Shown here: positions 1-8,439 of the stretch, one piece after another | Numbering within the stretch: the first letter of the stretch is position 1 | How the letters are laid out: the number at the start of each line of letters is the position of its first letter | Sequence record: SRR20825019_1535 | DNA: 20,000 nucleotides | Reading direction: 5' to 3' (one strand) | Made by a program: the position numbers and the translations under genes | The notes under the pieces: generated by a model | What the model was told of the DNA's origin: nothing | The model's input: the letters and a program-made list of their open reading frames with translations, nothing else | Database searches by the model: none

Positions 1-1
1 T

Positions 2-997
2 GGAAAATCGATCGGCGATTTCCTCCATTATGTCCAAGGCCAAGTTCGAGAATTGCGAGTGCTTGAACGCTTCGACACCGAACAGCTCCAGCCAGGTCGC
101 CCTATCATCGGCGGTTTTCTGGTCGGCGATCTTGCCGAGGCTACCGGCGAACTGTTCCTCCACCTCCGCCGTCAGCGCAATGATCCGGTTAACGAAGTCC
201 TTGAGTCGAGCATGGTTTTGTTCCTGCTCCTCGGGCGGAACCGCTTCGGCCTCATCAATTTCAGCGGCAGTGTCCTGTTCGTCATCGAACGAGAAGTCGT
301 CGTCTTCCATCGCCGCTGCGCCGGTCCAGCCACCAAGAACATATGACAGTCGGAACCGCTGCTCACGATGCTCAAGGAGTGCGGCTGCGATCTTGCCGCT
401 CCGTTTCTTCTGGACTGCCTCGAGGCAGGCTTCCTCAAGGCATTCGTCGATATGTGCACGGACCTCTTGCTCCGGCATGAACGTGACAGCGGCCATGTAG
501 CCACCAGGTGCGGTGACGATCTCAAAATCAGCGGTGGTCGTCTTAGCGGTCGACGTGGACGGGAAGCGGTCCGCTTCAGGGTCAGAACCGATTACGTGCC
601 TGAGTAGAGTTGTCTTTCCAGCACCTGTTGTGCCGAGGAACAACACGGTGCTGTAGCCTTCGCTGGCATCGGGAAGCGGAATCACTTCGCCACGCCTTGC
701 TTCTGGATCGACACGTAACACCTCGATCCCGTCGAAGAAGGCCGAAACAACAACTGGAGCATACCGGACTTCTGCGTCGCCGCGACGGTCACCACTCCAC
801 CAGGATCCGTCACATAGGAGCTCATTCAGTTGGGCAACGAGGCGATCCGCCTCTGCTTCGTCACTCGTGCCGAGACCTCGCCGAACTTTGAGGCCACGCC
901 CGCCGCGACTGTCAGATCTTACAGGATGGCGAAATGTGACGCTCCACCCGGGGCGGTTGGAGCGTGATTTCGATGCGGTAAACGATTTCTCGGCCAT
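2..997 (-). CDS. Dynamin-like / TRAFAC P-loop GTPase, 5' part (runs off left edge; >=332 aa)
   Basis: Manual translation from ATG at 997 (GGAG RBS at 1007-1010) is open to the window edge: MAEKSFTASKSRSNRPGWSVTFRHPVR...VLFLGTTGAGKTTLLRHVIGSDPEADRFPSTSTAKTTTAD... It has Walker A GTTGAGKT followed by a dynamin-type G2 (P..TT) and an acidic tract. It is missing from the ORF track because it has no stop in the window. Confidence 0.85.
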   Translation of the reverse strand, partial: MAEKSFTASKSRSNRPGWSVTFRHPVRSDSRGGRGLKVRRGLGTSDEAEADRLVAQLNELLCDGSWWSGDRRGDAEVRYAPVVVSAFFDGIEVLRVDPEARRGEVIPLPDASEGYSTVLFLGTTGAGKTTLLRHVIGSDPEADRFPSTSTAKTTTADFEIVTAPGGYMAAVTFMPEQEVRAHIDECLEEACLEAVQKKRSGKIAAALLEHREQRFRLSYVLGGWTGAAAMEDDDFSFDDEQDTAAEIDEAEAVPPEEQEQNHARLKDFVNRIIALTAEVEEQFAGSLGKIADQKTADDRATWLELFGVEAFKHSQFSNLALDIMEEIADRFS

Positions 998-999
998 GA

Positions 1000-1083
1000 C
1001 GTTGTTCTCCGTTGTTCCGAAGCTAACCTTCTCTCACGCTTACGCGTCGCGGTCAATTTTTTTTGGAACAACATGGAACAACG
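1000..1083. promoter_or_regulatory. Four-copy GTTGTTC/GAACAAC repeat array upstream of the GTPase gene
   Basis: GTTGTTC at 1001 and 1011 and GGAACAAC at 1065 and 1075. Each pair has a 10-bp period and the two pairs are inverted relative to each other. Confidence 0.45.
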
Positions 1084-1263
1084 ACTTGCCGCTTGGCTCT
1101 CTAAGATAGCATTCGATGCCCTCCCCTCGCGGAACTATCTTCGTCGCTGTCCGTCACCGACCCGCACAGTGAGGTGTGCCCGAGTGCGTGCCGGCCGCTA
1201 CAAGCTCAGTCACCAGGGAATTGCGGTGACACGCGACTTAACTCCCAATCATCGACGGTTAGA

Positions 1264-1279
1264 CGACCGCTTCGGGTCG
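1264..1279 (+). repeat. Quasi-palindromic repeat CGACC-GCTTCG-GGTCG (putative recombination site)
   Basis: Near-identical to 9424-9439 and 19576-19591. ACGACCGCTTC (1263-1273) is also inverted at 1318-1328. Confidence 0.6.
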
Positions 1280-1686
1280 ACCGCCAGCCGAATAGGCCAT
1301 CCGGCCCTGCAGGGTGGGAAGCGGTCGTTGCCGCAAACGATAGATACATCGAAGTGTTGCTCAGCCCTCGCCGACCTATCTGCCCAACAAGGCAGCTTCG
1401 ATCTCACCAGGGAGATGGATCAGCTGAGCTACTGCCCGGAAGCTGAACAGTGACGGAAACTATGGCATGAGGTCTGCTGATCTTCGAGAGAGGAGATCTG
1501 ACGTGACCGTAATTCGTTTGTAAGCATACAGGGGGAGTCCGGTACGGAAACCCCGAAGCCGGCCAACCCGACGTGGGTCTCGTGAAGCTCATGGTGCTGA
1601 TGCTGGAGTGCTTCATCGCCGCAGATCGCGGCTTTGCAAAGGCGCGGCGGCAAGACAAGACGAGAGTTTCTCTCTGAGAGCTGCCG

Positions 1687-1731
1687 TTGCAGACCCATGA
1701 TTTTATGTGCCATACTCATTAAATCATGGGT
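1687..1731 (+). promoter_or_regulatory. Putative promoter overlapped by an inverted-repeat operator
   Basis: Perfect 11-bp IR ACCCATGATTT (1693-1703) / AAATCATGGGT (1721-1731). TTGCAG (1687-1692) and TGnCATACT (1708-1716) resemble -35 and extended -10. It lies ~10 nt before the HTH gene start. Confidence 0.6.
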
Positions 1732-1741
1732 GTCAGGCACA

Positions 1742-2032
1742 GTGACCTACGACGATTTCATCACCGAACTGAACAAGGCGGGGCTTACCGTCCGGCGCTT
1801 CGCCCATCTTATGGGAATGCAACCAAACTCAATCTCAAACAATAAGAAGAAGGGCGAGATTCCCGATCATCTCGGGGTTATTGCGAGCCTCCTCGCCGTG
1901 ATGTCAAACCATGAAATTAACTTCGAAGCGACCTTCGCGCGGCTCGAACCCAGGCTAAAGAAGCCGCGGGGGGCTTCCAAACCCGGCAAATTTGCGGGAG
2001 ACCCGCAGGGTGTACTGGAGCTGAGAAAATGA
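1742..2032 (+). CDS. Small XRE/Cro-like HTH DNA-binding protein (possible controller of the MTase-nuclease pair)
   Basis: GTG start at 1742 gives 96 aa, MTYDDFITELNKAGLTVRRFAHLMGMQPNSISN..., a typical Cro/XRE helix pattern. The track's start at 1634 would run through the operator. Confidence 0.8.
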   Translation: MTYDDFITELNKAGLTVRRFAHLMGMQPNSISNNKKKGEIPDHLGVIASLLAVMSNHEINFEATFARLEPRLKKPRGASKPGKFAGDPQGVLELRK

Positions 2033-2060
2033 TGCGTCAGACGCGCCCTTGCAGTGCTTT

Positions 2061-2075
2061 GTTCTTTATTTGTTC
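2061..2075. promoter_or_regulatory. Alphaproteobacterial-type LexA (SOS) box
   Basis: GTTC-TTTATTT-GTTC is an exact GTTC-N7-GTTC with an AT-only spacer, intergenic and ~50 nt upstream of the MTase start. Confidence 0.65.
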
Positions 2076-2125
2076 CACCCCCTGCGCTATGTCTGCATAT
2101 CTCAAGCGCCAACGGGGGGCAGGGC

Positions 2126-5100
2126 GTGGCTGATAGTTTTGCGATGCATTGGCGCGAGGCTCTCGCTCTCGAGCGTCGAGCGGCGCCCGAGTTCTATACC
2201 TCCGCCACCGAAGTAGAACCGGGGCCGCATGCGGAAGCGATTCGCTTTGCCTTGGTCGATCTCGGCTTGGCCGCCGTATTCTGTATCGAGGGGGTTCCGA
2301 CCATCGGCTTCCTAAATCAGCCAGATGTTTTGCCTGCCCGTATAGACGAATTGCACCGCATCCTCTGGAATCAGGGATTAATGAGTTTGTTGCTGGTCCT
2401 CAAAGAGGAGGAACTGGTGGCCTACTCCTTGGTCCAGCGGCCGTTCCAGCACAAAGTGGGGCAGCGAAACGACCCGCGGCTAATCACAACTCTTTCGCTT
2501 CTTTCTGACGCGATAGCGCTTCGTGAACTGCTCGACTCTACCGAGTCGGGGCGCTTTTGGTTCGAGAACGACAAGTTCTTCAATCCGGAGGATCGGGTCG
2601 ACAGTGTCCTGCTCTCAAACCTGCTTGAAGCTTTTCGCGACATGCGCGACGACCTTGGTGGGGAGGCCGCCCAAGCACTTTTGATGCAAACCATGTTCAT
2701 CGCATATCTTGAGGATCGAAAGATCCTCAAGGAAGCGGTGTTCCAAGAAGCGTCCAACAAGACATGCTCCAGTCTTGCGGAGATGCTTGCGGCAGAGTCC
2801 CCAGGACATTTCGAGTCCCTGTTCGTATGGCTAAAAGGAGCATTTAACGGAAACCTGTTCAACGCGCCTTGCGCCTTCGAAATGGATAATGCAGCGCCCC
2901 CGAAACTGGCCGTAAGACACCTGCAAACGCTCGCGCGGTTTCGGCATGGTCGGGAGGAAATGGCTTCTGGGCAGCTTCGCTTATGGGGCTACGATTTTCG
3001 ATACATGTCGATCGGCCTCATTAGCGCGGTTTACGACCGCTTTCTGAAGGAAGAGGCGGAGAAGAAGAGCGCCGATGGCGCATTCTACACGCCGATGTTT
3101 TTGGCCGATGTGGTCGTAAACCAGCTATGGGACGATCTCTCCGACGAGCAGCGGGCCAGCGGGATTTTCTGCGATCCGGCATGCGGGTCGGGGATTTTTC
3201 TCGTAAGGCTGTTCCAGCGCCTAGTGGCGCACCACTGCCGTATCAAGAAAAAGCGTCATGCCACATGGGAAGAGTTGAAAGCCATCGCTCATCGCCTGCA
3301 TGGGGCAGACATCAACCCCTCGGCTGTCCGGGTGGCAGCTTTTTCTCTGTATATAGCGCTGCTCGAACAGTCCAATCCGCCCGTTCTGCCGGCCCTCATC
3401 GACGCAGGCAAGCTTCTGCCATCGCTCTATGGAGATACCCTCCTTCCTGCATGCGACTTCTTTGCGGCTGATGAGCGACCCAAATATGATGCGGTCATTG
3501 GCAACCCGCCTTGGAAGGGGCGCAGTGGTCAGGTCACGACGGCCGAGACCTGGGCAAAGACACATCGCTACCCTCATCCTGCCAAGGACATTGCTTGGGC
3601 GTTCGTCTGGAAAGCTCTTAATGTCGTTAAGCCGGACGGGCATATAGCCTTCCTGCTGCCAGCAATGGGTATTTTGCATAATACTTCGCGCGAGGCACAA
3701 GAGGCTCGGCGGCGGCTCCTTCGGGAAGCCCGAGTTAAACGGATCATCAACCTATCGGACCTTTGCTTCCAATTGTTCGATGGGGCCCAGAGACCGACGG
3801 CATTTGTGCTTTACACGCCTTCAGGCGACGATCTCCCCTATCGATTCGAATACTGGGTGCCGAAGGCTGATCTTAACCTGCGGCTCAAGCGCCTGATGAC
3901 ACTGTCGCGTGCCGACCGTATCAGGTTCCGTTCCGATTTGGTCGGAAAGGATCCCACGCTGTTCAAGCGCCGTCTTTGGACTCGGTCGCCAGATGAAAAG
4001 CTGCTGCAATATTTACGGACTATTCCATCGTTGAATACGTTCATTCGTGAATACAGGGAGATCCACCGGACAAGAGTCGTGATGAACCGGGCAACTGACT
4101 GGGTAATTGGACAAGGGTTCAAGCCGGCGCAGGAAGAACGACTAGACGACCCGGATTACGAGACAACGACAAGTGAAAGCGTGACTCGCTATCGGTATAT
4201 GGACGCCCGCGCGTTCCGCACGATAGCGTTGCCGCCGATTGACGCTGATCCCTGGCCGACGTCGGTCGTTCATCGTCCCGGATTTGCTGAAGGATTTACG
4301 GGTCCCCATATCTTGATCCCTCAGGGTGTCGAGCGTTCAATTGGGCGCGCTCGCGCAGCTTATTCCGAGCAGAGCTTGACATTTGAGCACTCACTGCAGG
4401 CTATAGCCGTTCCTGAAACGGAACGACGGAAGGCAAAGGTACTGACGGCTGTCCTGAATAGCAGCCTTGCCGCATGGGTATATTTTCATGATACGGCTAA
4501 CTTGGGAGCAGACCGTGCGAAGATTCATCAGGGCGAATTGCTCAAGCTGCCGTTTGACGTGCCTGAGAACATGCCGGACCCCATACGAGCGACTGAGGCG
4601 GAAGAGAAAATCGTTCAGTTAGTCGATCGCCAAATTGCAAACGCGAACGAACTCCTGTCGATGGAATCGACTCCTCTCGATGAGATCGATCATCTGGTTT
4701 TTGATTATTACGGGCTTGATGCGCGAGAGATCGCACTCATCGAGGATACCTTCCGCTACATTATTCCAGCGATGCAGCCGCGGCGTAGAGCAGGGTTGCA
4801 GAAGATCTGGACCAACAGCGACGTTGAGCATCGATCCGACTACGCATCCATGCTGTGCGATGCTCTCGAACCGTGCTTCCGGCAGAGTATTAGCGCTTCG
4901 CTCGCTGCGAAGTCAGCGGACGTTGCAGTTCTCAAACTGACGATCAGCGACGAATCTAGCAATTATAGGGAGGAGGCGTCATCCGAGTTTGGAAGATTCC
5001 TTCAGTCCATAAAGGACAACCTGCCTATGCCCCTGCCTGGAAATGTGCAGTTGGTGCCGGACCTTTGCTTCGTAATCGGAGCCGACATGTACCTCGTAAA

Positions 5101-5224
5101 ACCGATGCAATTGCGGCATTGGCTGAGGTCGACGGCACTCGCTGATGCAGAGCAAATCACGGCCGAGTTCAGCGCAGCGGTTGCGCGCCATAGCCAGGGC
5201 GGTTATGCGTATGCTGACTGGTAG
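2126..5224 (+). CDS. Large SAM-dependent N6-adenine DNA methyltransferase (type I HsdM / type IIG-like, gamma class) with probable C-terminal target-recognition region
   Basis: GAFYTP (motif X), DPACGSGIFL (motif I), GADIN (motif II) and VIGNPPW (motif IV) occur in gamma order. The GTG at 2126 follows a G-rich RBS; ~1032 aa. Confidence 0.92.
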   Translation: MADSFAMHWREALALERRAAPEFYTSATEVEPGPHAEAIRFALVDLGLAAVFCIEGVPTIGFLNQPDVLPARIDELHRILWNQGLMSLLLVLKEEELVAYSLVQRPFQHKVGQRNDPRLITTLSLLSDAIALRELLDSTESGRFWFENDKFFNPEDRVDSVLLSNLLEAFRDMRDDLGGEAAQALLMQTMFIAYLEDRKILKEAVFQEASNKTCSSLAEMLAAESPGHFESLFVWLKGAFNGNLFNAPCAFEMDNAAPPKLAVRHLQTLARFRHGREEMASGQLRLWGYDFRYMSIGLISAVYDRFLKEEAEKKSADGAFYTPMFLADVVVNQLWDDLSDEQRASGIFCDPACGSGIFLVRLFQRLVAHHCRIKKKRHATWEELKAIAHRLHGADINPSAVRVAAFSLYIALLEQSNPPVLPALIDAGKLLPSLYGDTLLPACDFFAADERPKYDAVIGNPPWKGRSGQVTTAETWAKTHRYPHPAKDIAWAFVWKALNVVKPDGHIAFLLPAMGILHNTSREAQEARRRLLREARVKRIINLSDLCFQLFDGAQRPTAFVLYTPSGDDLPYRFEYWVPKADLNLRLKRLMTLSRADRIRFRSDLVGKDPTLFKRRLWTRSPDEKLLQYLRTIPSLNTFIREYREIHRTRVVMNRATDWVIGQGFKPAQEERLDDPDYETTTSESVTRYRYMDARAFRTIALPPIDADPWPTSVVHRPGFAEGFTGPHILIPQGVERSIGRARAAYSEQSLTFEHSLQAIAVPETERRKAKVLTAVLNSSLAAWVYFHDTANLGADRAKIHQGELLKLPFDVPENMPDPIRATEAEEKIVQLVDRQIANANELLSMESTPLDEIDHLVFDYYGLDAREIALIEDTFRYIIPAMQPRRRAGLQKIWTNSDVEHRSDYASMLCDALEPCFRQSISASLAAKSADVAVLKLTISDESSNYREEASSEFGRFLQSIKDNLPMPLPGNVQLVPDLCFVIGADMYLVKPMQLRHWLRSTALADAEQITAEFSAAVARHSQGGYAYADW

Positions 5225-5882
5225 TCTGGATCACTGGCTCCGTCACTTCCGAAGTCTCGAAGAACGGGTCGCTGGCGCGGTTGAGGCCGCATGGCCCATT
5301 TGCATTGCACCACTTCAATCGAAGAAGGACGCGATGACTCACGAAGATCACATCACTGAGCATCTCGTTCAGTCGTTAATTCAGACGAAATCTCTTCCGG
5401 GCCGCATCGTCTATCAATACACCCTGCTCGTCGAGGACGCCGATGGCAATGTATCGATGTCGAGCAACGTCGATTTTGTCCTGACCGTCGGCGATGACGA
5501 GGATGTCTATCTTGCCTGCGAATGCAAGCGATTGAACGTGCCCTACAAGACAGGGCTGAGGGGGCTCGTCGGCGAGTATGTAAACGAGGGCCTTATGCGG
5601 TTCGTGACTGGGCAGTACTCAAACGGTCTGCCTGTGGCCATGATGCTGGGATATGTAATGAATGCCCGAACGGACAGGGCACGCCGAGGAGTGAAACGCG
5701 CTATGGCACTTCGATCTGCAGCCATCCGGCTTCAGTCCGATCAAGATGCCCCGATCGTGGATGGTCGATCACTGCGTTTCCACACCACGCACTTATGCGT
5801 GCCTGGACACACAATAGAAGTAGCTCACACATTTCTAGCATGGGGTTCCGGCACCAAATCTGCCGAGAGTGGCGGGAACTGA
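5211..5882 (+). CDS. Putative PD-(D/E)XK-fold nuclease, translationally coupled to the MTase
   Basis: Helix HEDHIT (E), then NVDFVL (D) and ACECKRL (ExK), matching the E...D...ExK signature. The start (5205 or 5211) overlaps the MTase stop; ~223 aa. Confidence 0.72.
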   Translation: MLTGSLDHWLRHFRSLEERVAGAVEAAWPICIAPLQSKKDAMTHEDHITEHLVQSLIQTKSLPGRIVYQYTLLVEDADGNVSMSSNVDFVLTVGDDEDVYLACECKRLNVPYKTGLRGLVGEYVNEGLMRFVTGQYSNGLPVAMMLGYVMNARTDRARRGVKRAMALRSAAIRLQSDQDAPIVDGRSLRFHTTHLCVPGHTIEVAHTFLAWGSGTKSAESGGN

Positions 5883-6046
5883 TTGGGAACTTGGGGTCCG
5901 GCCGCTTGCCAGTTTGTAGTTGGCGTATTGGGGTTTCTTTACTCGGTTTCCCAAAAAATATCGGTATAGCTTTTGAGTAATTTCAAATGCCTACATTCTT
6001 CCGTAGAAGATAGTATAGAAAGCCCAACGTCGCACTCATCGCGGCG

Positions 6047-6970
6047 TCACCGGAGGCGATCGAGTAGGGTTTCGACCATTTCCTGGCTTGAGTTTGCGAC
6101 GATGTCGAGCGGCCGGCCCTCTTGCCTCATCAGCGCGATCAGAAGGCAGGCGGTGAAGGGCCAGAAGGACGAGTCGGGGGACAGATTGTAGCTGCCGATC
6201 AACGCCGTCAGCCGCTCGGCGATCGGCGGGTACTGACGGTTGCCCCAATGCGCGTAGGTCGGCGTCATCGCGTGTATTGTTACGGCGGCGAGCGCTATTC
6301 CCATCGCGCGTTTCTGGTGAACATCGGCATATTGGTGCCCGTGTTCTTTCGCGTAGGCGGCGAGACCGCTGGTCATGAACTCGCGGGCCCAGATGTCGCA
6401 GGCGATTTCCTCTTCTGGCAAGGTAGACGGCGCGTTGTTGTCGGCGCAGAACATAACGTGTCGAAACTCGTGCAGCAGCGCGAAGGCGAGAGCTAACAAG
6501 ACGAGGTCAAACATCGCCTTGTGCTGCTCATCCCCCAAGCTTTCTCGGTCAGCGGTCGGTTCTGGGATGTCCGCGGGCCATGAGATTTGCGCGGTCAGTT
6601 CAGCAGTGACGAGCGACTGGGCGCTGGCAATGCGTTGCTTATAGTCAAACTCAAATTGTCCGCGTTCGGCGTCAATGTTGAGCGCCTGATCGAGCGGTAT
6701 GCCTGTGAGCGTCGCGAGCTCCAGGCCGGGCGAGTAGACCTCGATTGCGTGCCAGGCGCTGAAACCGAGTAGCCAGAAGAAGTCGATCGTCTTGGTGTCG
6801 AACTTGATGCGATTGGCGTCGGCATTCATTGTTGGGCCTTCGGCGCTTGGCGCGACTTCTACCGCGTGGCCGTATTGGCTCCAAAGGCCGCTGACTTCGT
6901 CGGCACGCTCGGGGACGGCGCCGCGCAAGAGGTGAAGGACGATCGTCCGTTCGGATGGTTCTGTCTTCAT
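6047..6970 (-). CDS. lit: Phage exclusion protein Lit family (peptidase U49, HEXXH zinc metalloprotease)
   Basis: AFALLHEFRHV zinc motif, upstream WPADIPEP, downstream EEEIACDIWA and YPPIAER. These features and the 307-aa size match E. coli e14 Lit. ATG at 6970 has an AGGAG RBS. Confidence 0.85.
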   Translation of the reverse strand: MKTEPSERTIVLHLLRGAVPERADEVSGLWSQYGHAVEVAPSAEGPTMNADANRIKFDTKTIDFFWLLGFSAWHAIEVYSPGLELATLTGIPLDQALNIDAERGQFEFDYKQRIASAQSLVTAELTAQISWPADIPEPTADRESLGDEQHKAMFDLVLLALAFALLHEFRHVMFCADNNAPSTLPEEEIACDIWAREFMTSGLAAYAKEHGHQYADVHQKRAMGIALAAVTIHAMTPTYAHWGNRQYPPIAERLTALIGSYNLSPDSSFWPFTACLLIALMRQEGRPLDIVANSSQEMVETLLDRLR

Positions 6971-7019
6971 GCCAGGTAGTTCTCCTGTGATGGGCGACGG
7001 TGCCTGTCTGTTGGGCCGA

Positions 7020-8435
7020 TCATGGGGGCTCGCTTTCACTTTTCGCGACGTCTGTCTTGTCGGGCTCGCCAGCCATGCGCAGATGAGTGATCGACGAAAT
7101 GACCGAGTTCGCCCACATGGTGCGGCACTCGACATCGCCGCCGCGCTCGAACCAATGCGTCGCGCCCGGTATGAGATTGAAGGGAATGGGGTACGTCGCC
7201 TTCGGGTTGTGAAAGACCTCCAGCTCCTGACACCATGCTTCGCCCCAAGGCCAAAGTGCCTGGTATTCGGCGCCGCCGACCGACAGATGGAAGTCAATGG
7301 GCTCCAGCGCGCCTGGGGTTCGGTCGAAGAGAATGCCCCGGCGAGTCATCGTGAGGCCGGGCGGCTGCCATCCGGCGAGAAAGCCCATGCGGTTGAATTT
7401 GGCGAGCGTCGCCGCGTTGCTGAAGATGACGGCGGAGAGGTGGGCGAAGTCGGGATCGCGGAACAGTCCGGCCGGAATGCCGTGCCTTCCCGTAAGGTTG
7501 CTGATCGGCGTGCCGACAGCGCGTCGTCCGGCGCCTTCGCCTTCGACATCGGCCCGCAGGCCGTAGAGATAGGTCGGCAAAGCCTCGCGGCTCCATACCA
7601 TCGAGCCCGATTCGTGAAAGTCGGCGATCGCCAGCGCGAAGGGCTGACCTTTCACATGATCCAGCTCATGATAGTTGCGTTGAAGCTTGCTTCGCAGAGT
7701 CTTGGCGTAGCGCTCGGCAGGCGCGCCAGTCAGGCGTTCGTTTCGGTCGACTGGAGCGTGCGCCCAGTCTCCGATCCCGCTGGAGTGCGGCGTCTCGGAG
7801 TTCGCGGTCACGGCTTCGACCCAGCAGACGGCGTCGTCGTTTTCGATCAGGAAGTCGGGCGAGACATGCTTCTGCCTGACGCTCAGGCCTTGCTCGCGGA
7901 AGCAAGCCAGAAGGTAGAGTTCGAAGAGCCGGGACGCGAAGTTGTTGGTCTGCAGATCGGTGACGAAGTTGGCGTCCGGATTGGGAAGGGCGAGGTAGCA
8001 TTCGTCGATCGCCCTCAGCGCCGGGTAATGGCTGATCGTGCTCGTCAACAGCTCGAACTCCGGTGATGCCCCGCGCGGGCCGGTCTTCAGTAGAAGCGGG
8101 CGCCGCCGCGCGCCCGGGGGCAATGGTTCAGGCGGCTCGCCGGCGCGCATATCGAGGCTCAGGTGATCCAGCGCGACCTCGGGCGTGGAATAGGGGCCGC
8201 CTTCACTAACGCGGACCCAACGATGATCGACGCGTCGTCGCAAAGCCAATGTGGTGAAAGTCCCGCGCTCGTGATCGAGGAGGATGCAGCCGCTCGCTCT
8301 GCCGCGCCCTACCTGATAGCTCCCGAAGATCCGCGCGGGATCGAAATTGGGCCCGCGTTCGAGCGACAGCGCGTAAATCTCGAACTGGCGTTGGCTGATT
8401 GGTGAGATCAGTCGTTGCTCATCGCCGACGGCCAT
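7020..8435 (-). CDS. Hypothetical protein with restriction-endonuclease-like PD-(D/E)X(K) core
   Basis: 471 aa with a GAGGT RBS. FASRLFELYLLACF...SPDFLIE...WVEAVTAN gives E...PD...ExV, with the canonical Lys replaced. Confidence 0.7.
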   Translation of the reverse strand: MAVGDEQRLISPISQRQFEIYALSLERGPNFDPARIFGSYQVGRGRASGCILLDHERGTFTTLALRRRVDHRWVRVSEGGPYSTPEVALDHLSLDMRAGEPPEPLPPGARRRPLLLKTGPRGASPEFELLTSTISHYPALRAIDECYLALPNPDANFVTDLQTNNFASRLFELYLLACFREQGLSVRQKHVSPDFLIENDDAVCWVEAVTANSETPHSSGIGDWAHAPVDRNERLTGAPAERYAKTLRSKLQRNYHELDHVKGQPFALAIADFHESGSMVWSREALPTYLYGLRADVEGEGAGRRAVGTPISNLTGRHGIPAGLFRDPDFAHLSAVIFSNAATLAKFNRMGFLAGWQPPGLTMTRRGILFDRTPGALEPIDFHLSVGGAEYQALWPWGEAWCQELEVFHNPKATYPIPFNLIPGATHWFERGGDVECRTMWANSVISSITHLRMAGEPDKTDVAKSESEPP

Positions 8436-8439
8436 TTTC

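Noticed and set aside
1004-1079. LexA boxes upstream of the GTPase gene
   Set aside because: The spacing is N6, not the N7 of the alphaproteobacterial consensus.
30-1109. Plus-strand ORFs 30..500, 53..346, 368..607, 610..891 and 867..1109
   Set aside because: They are antisense shadows of the minus-strand GTPase frame, which has an RBS and clear motifs.
1073-1740. ORFs 1073..1453, 1404..1658 and 1429..1740
   Set aside because: No recognisable motifs or RBS, and they overlap repeats and the operator. A decayed gene cannot be excluded.
2054-5882. BREX, DISARM or type I RM assignment; MTase start at 2054
   Set aside because: No partner genes (PglZ, BrxC, Drm, HsdR/S) are visible in the window. 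The 2054 extension runs through the LexA-like box and lacks an RBS.
5883-6046. attC site after lit (GTTGGGC on minus strand) or a further repeat copy (GGAACTTGGGGTCC near 5886)
   Set aside because: There is no matching RYYYAAC or attC hairpin, and the repeat match is too degenerate to support.
6971-7297. N-terminal extension of the Lit ORF (416 aa in the track)
   Set aside because: It overlaps the upstream gene. ATG 6970 has an RBS and gives a Lit-sized protein.
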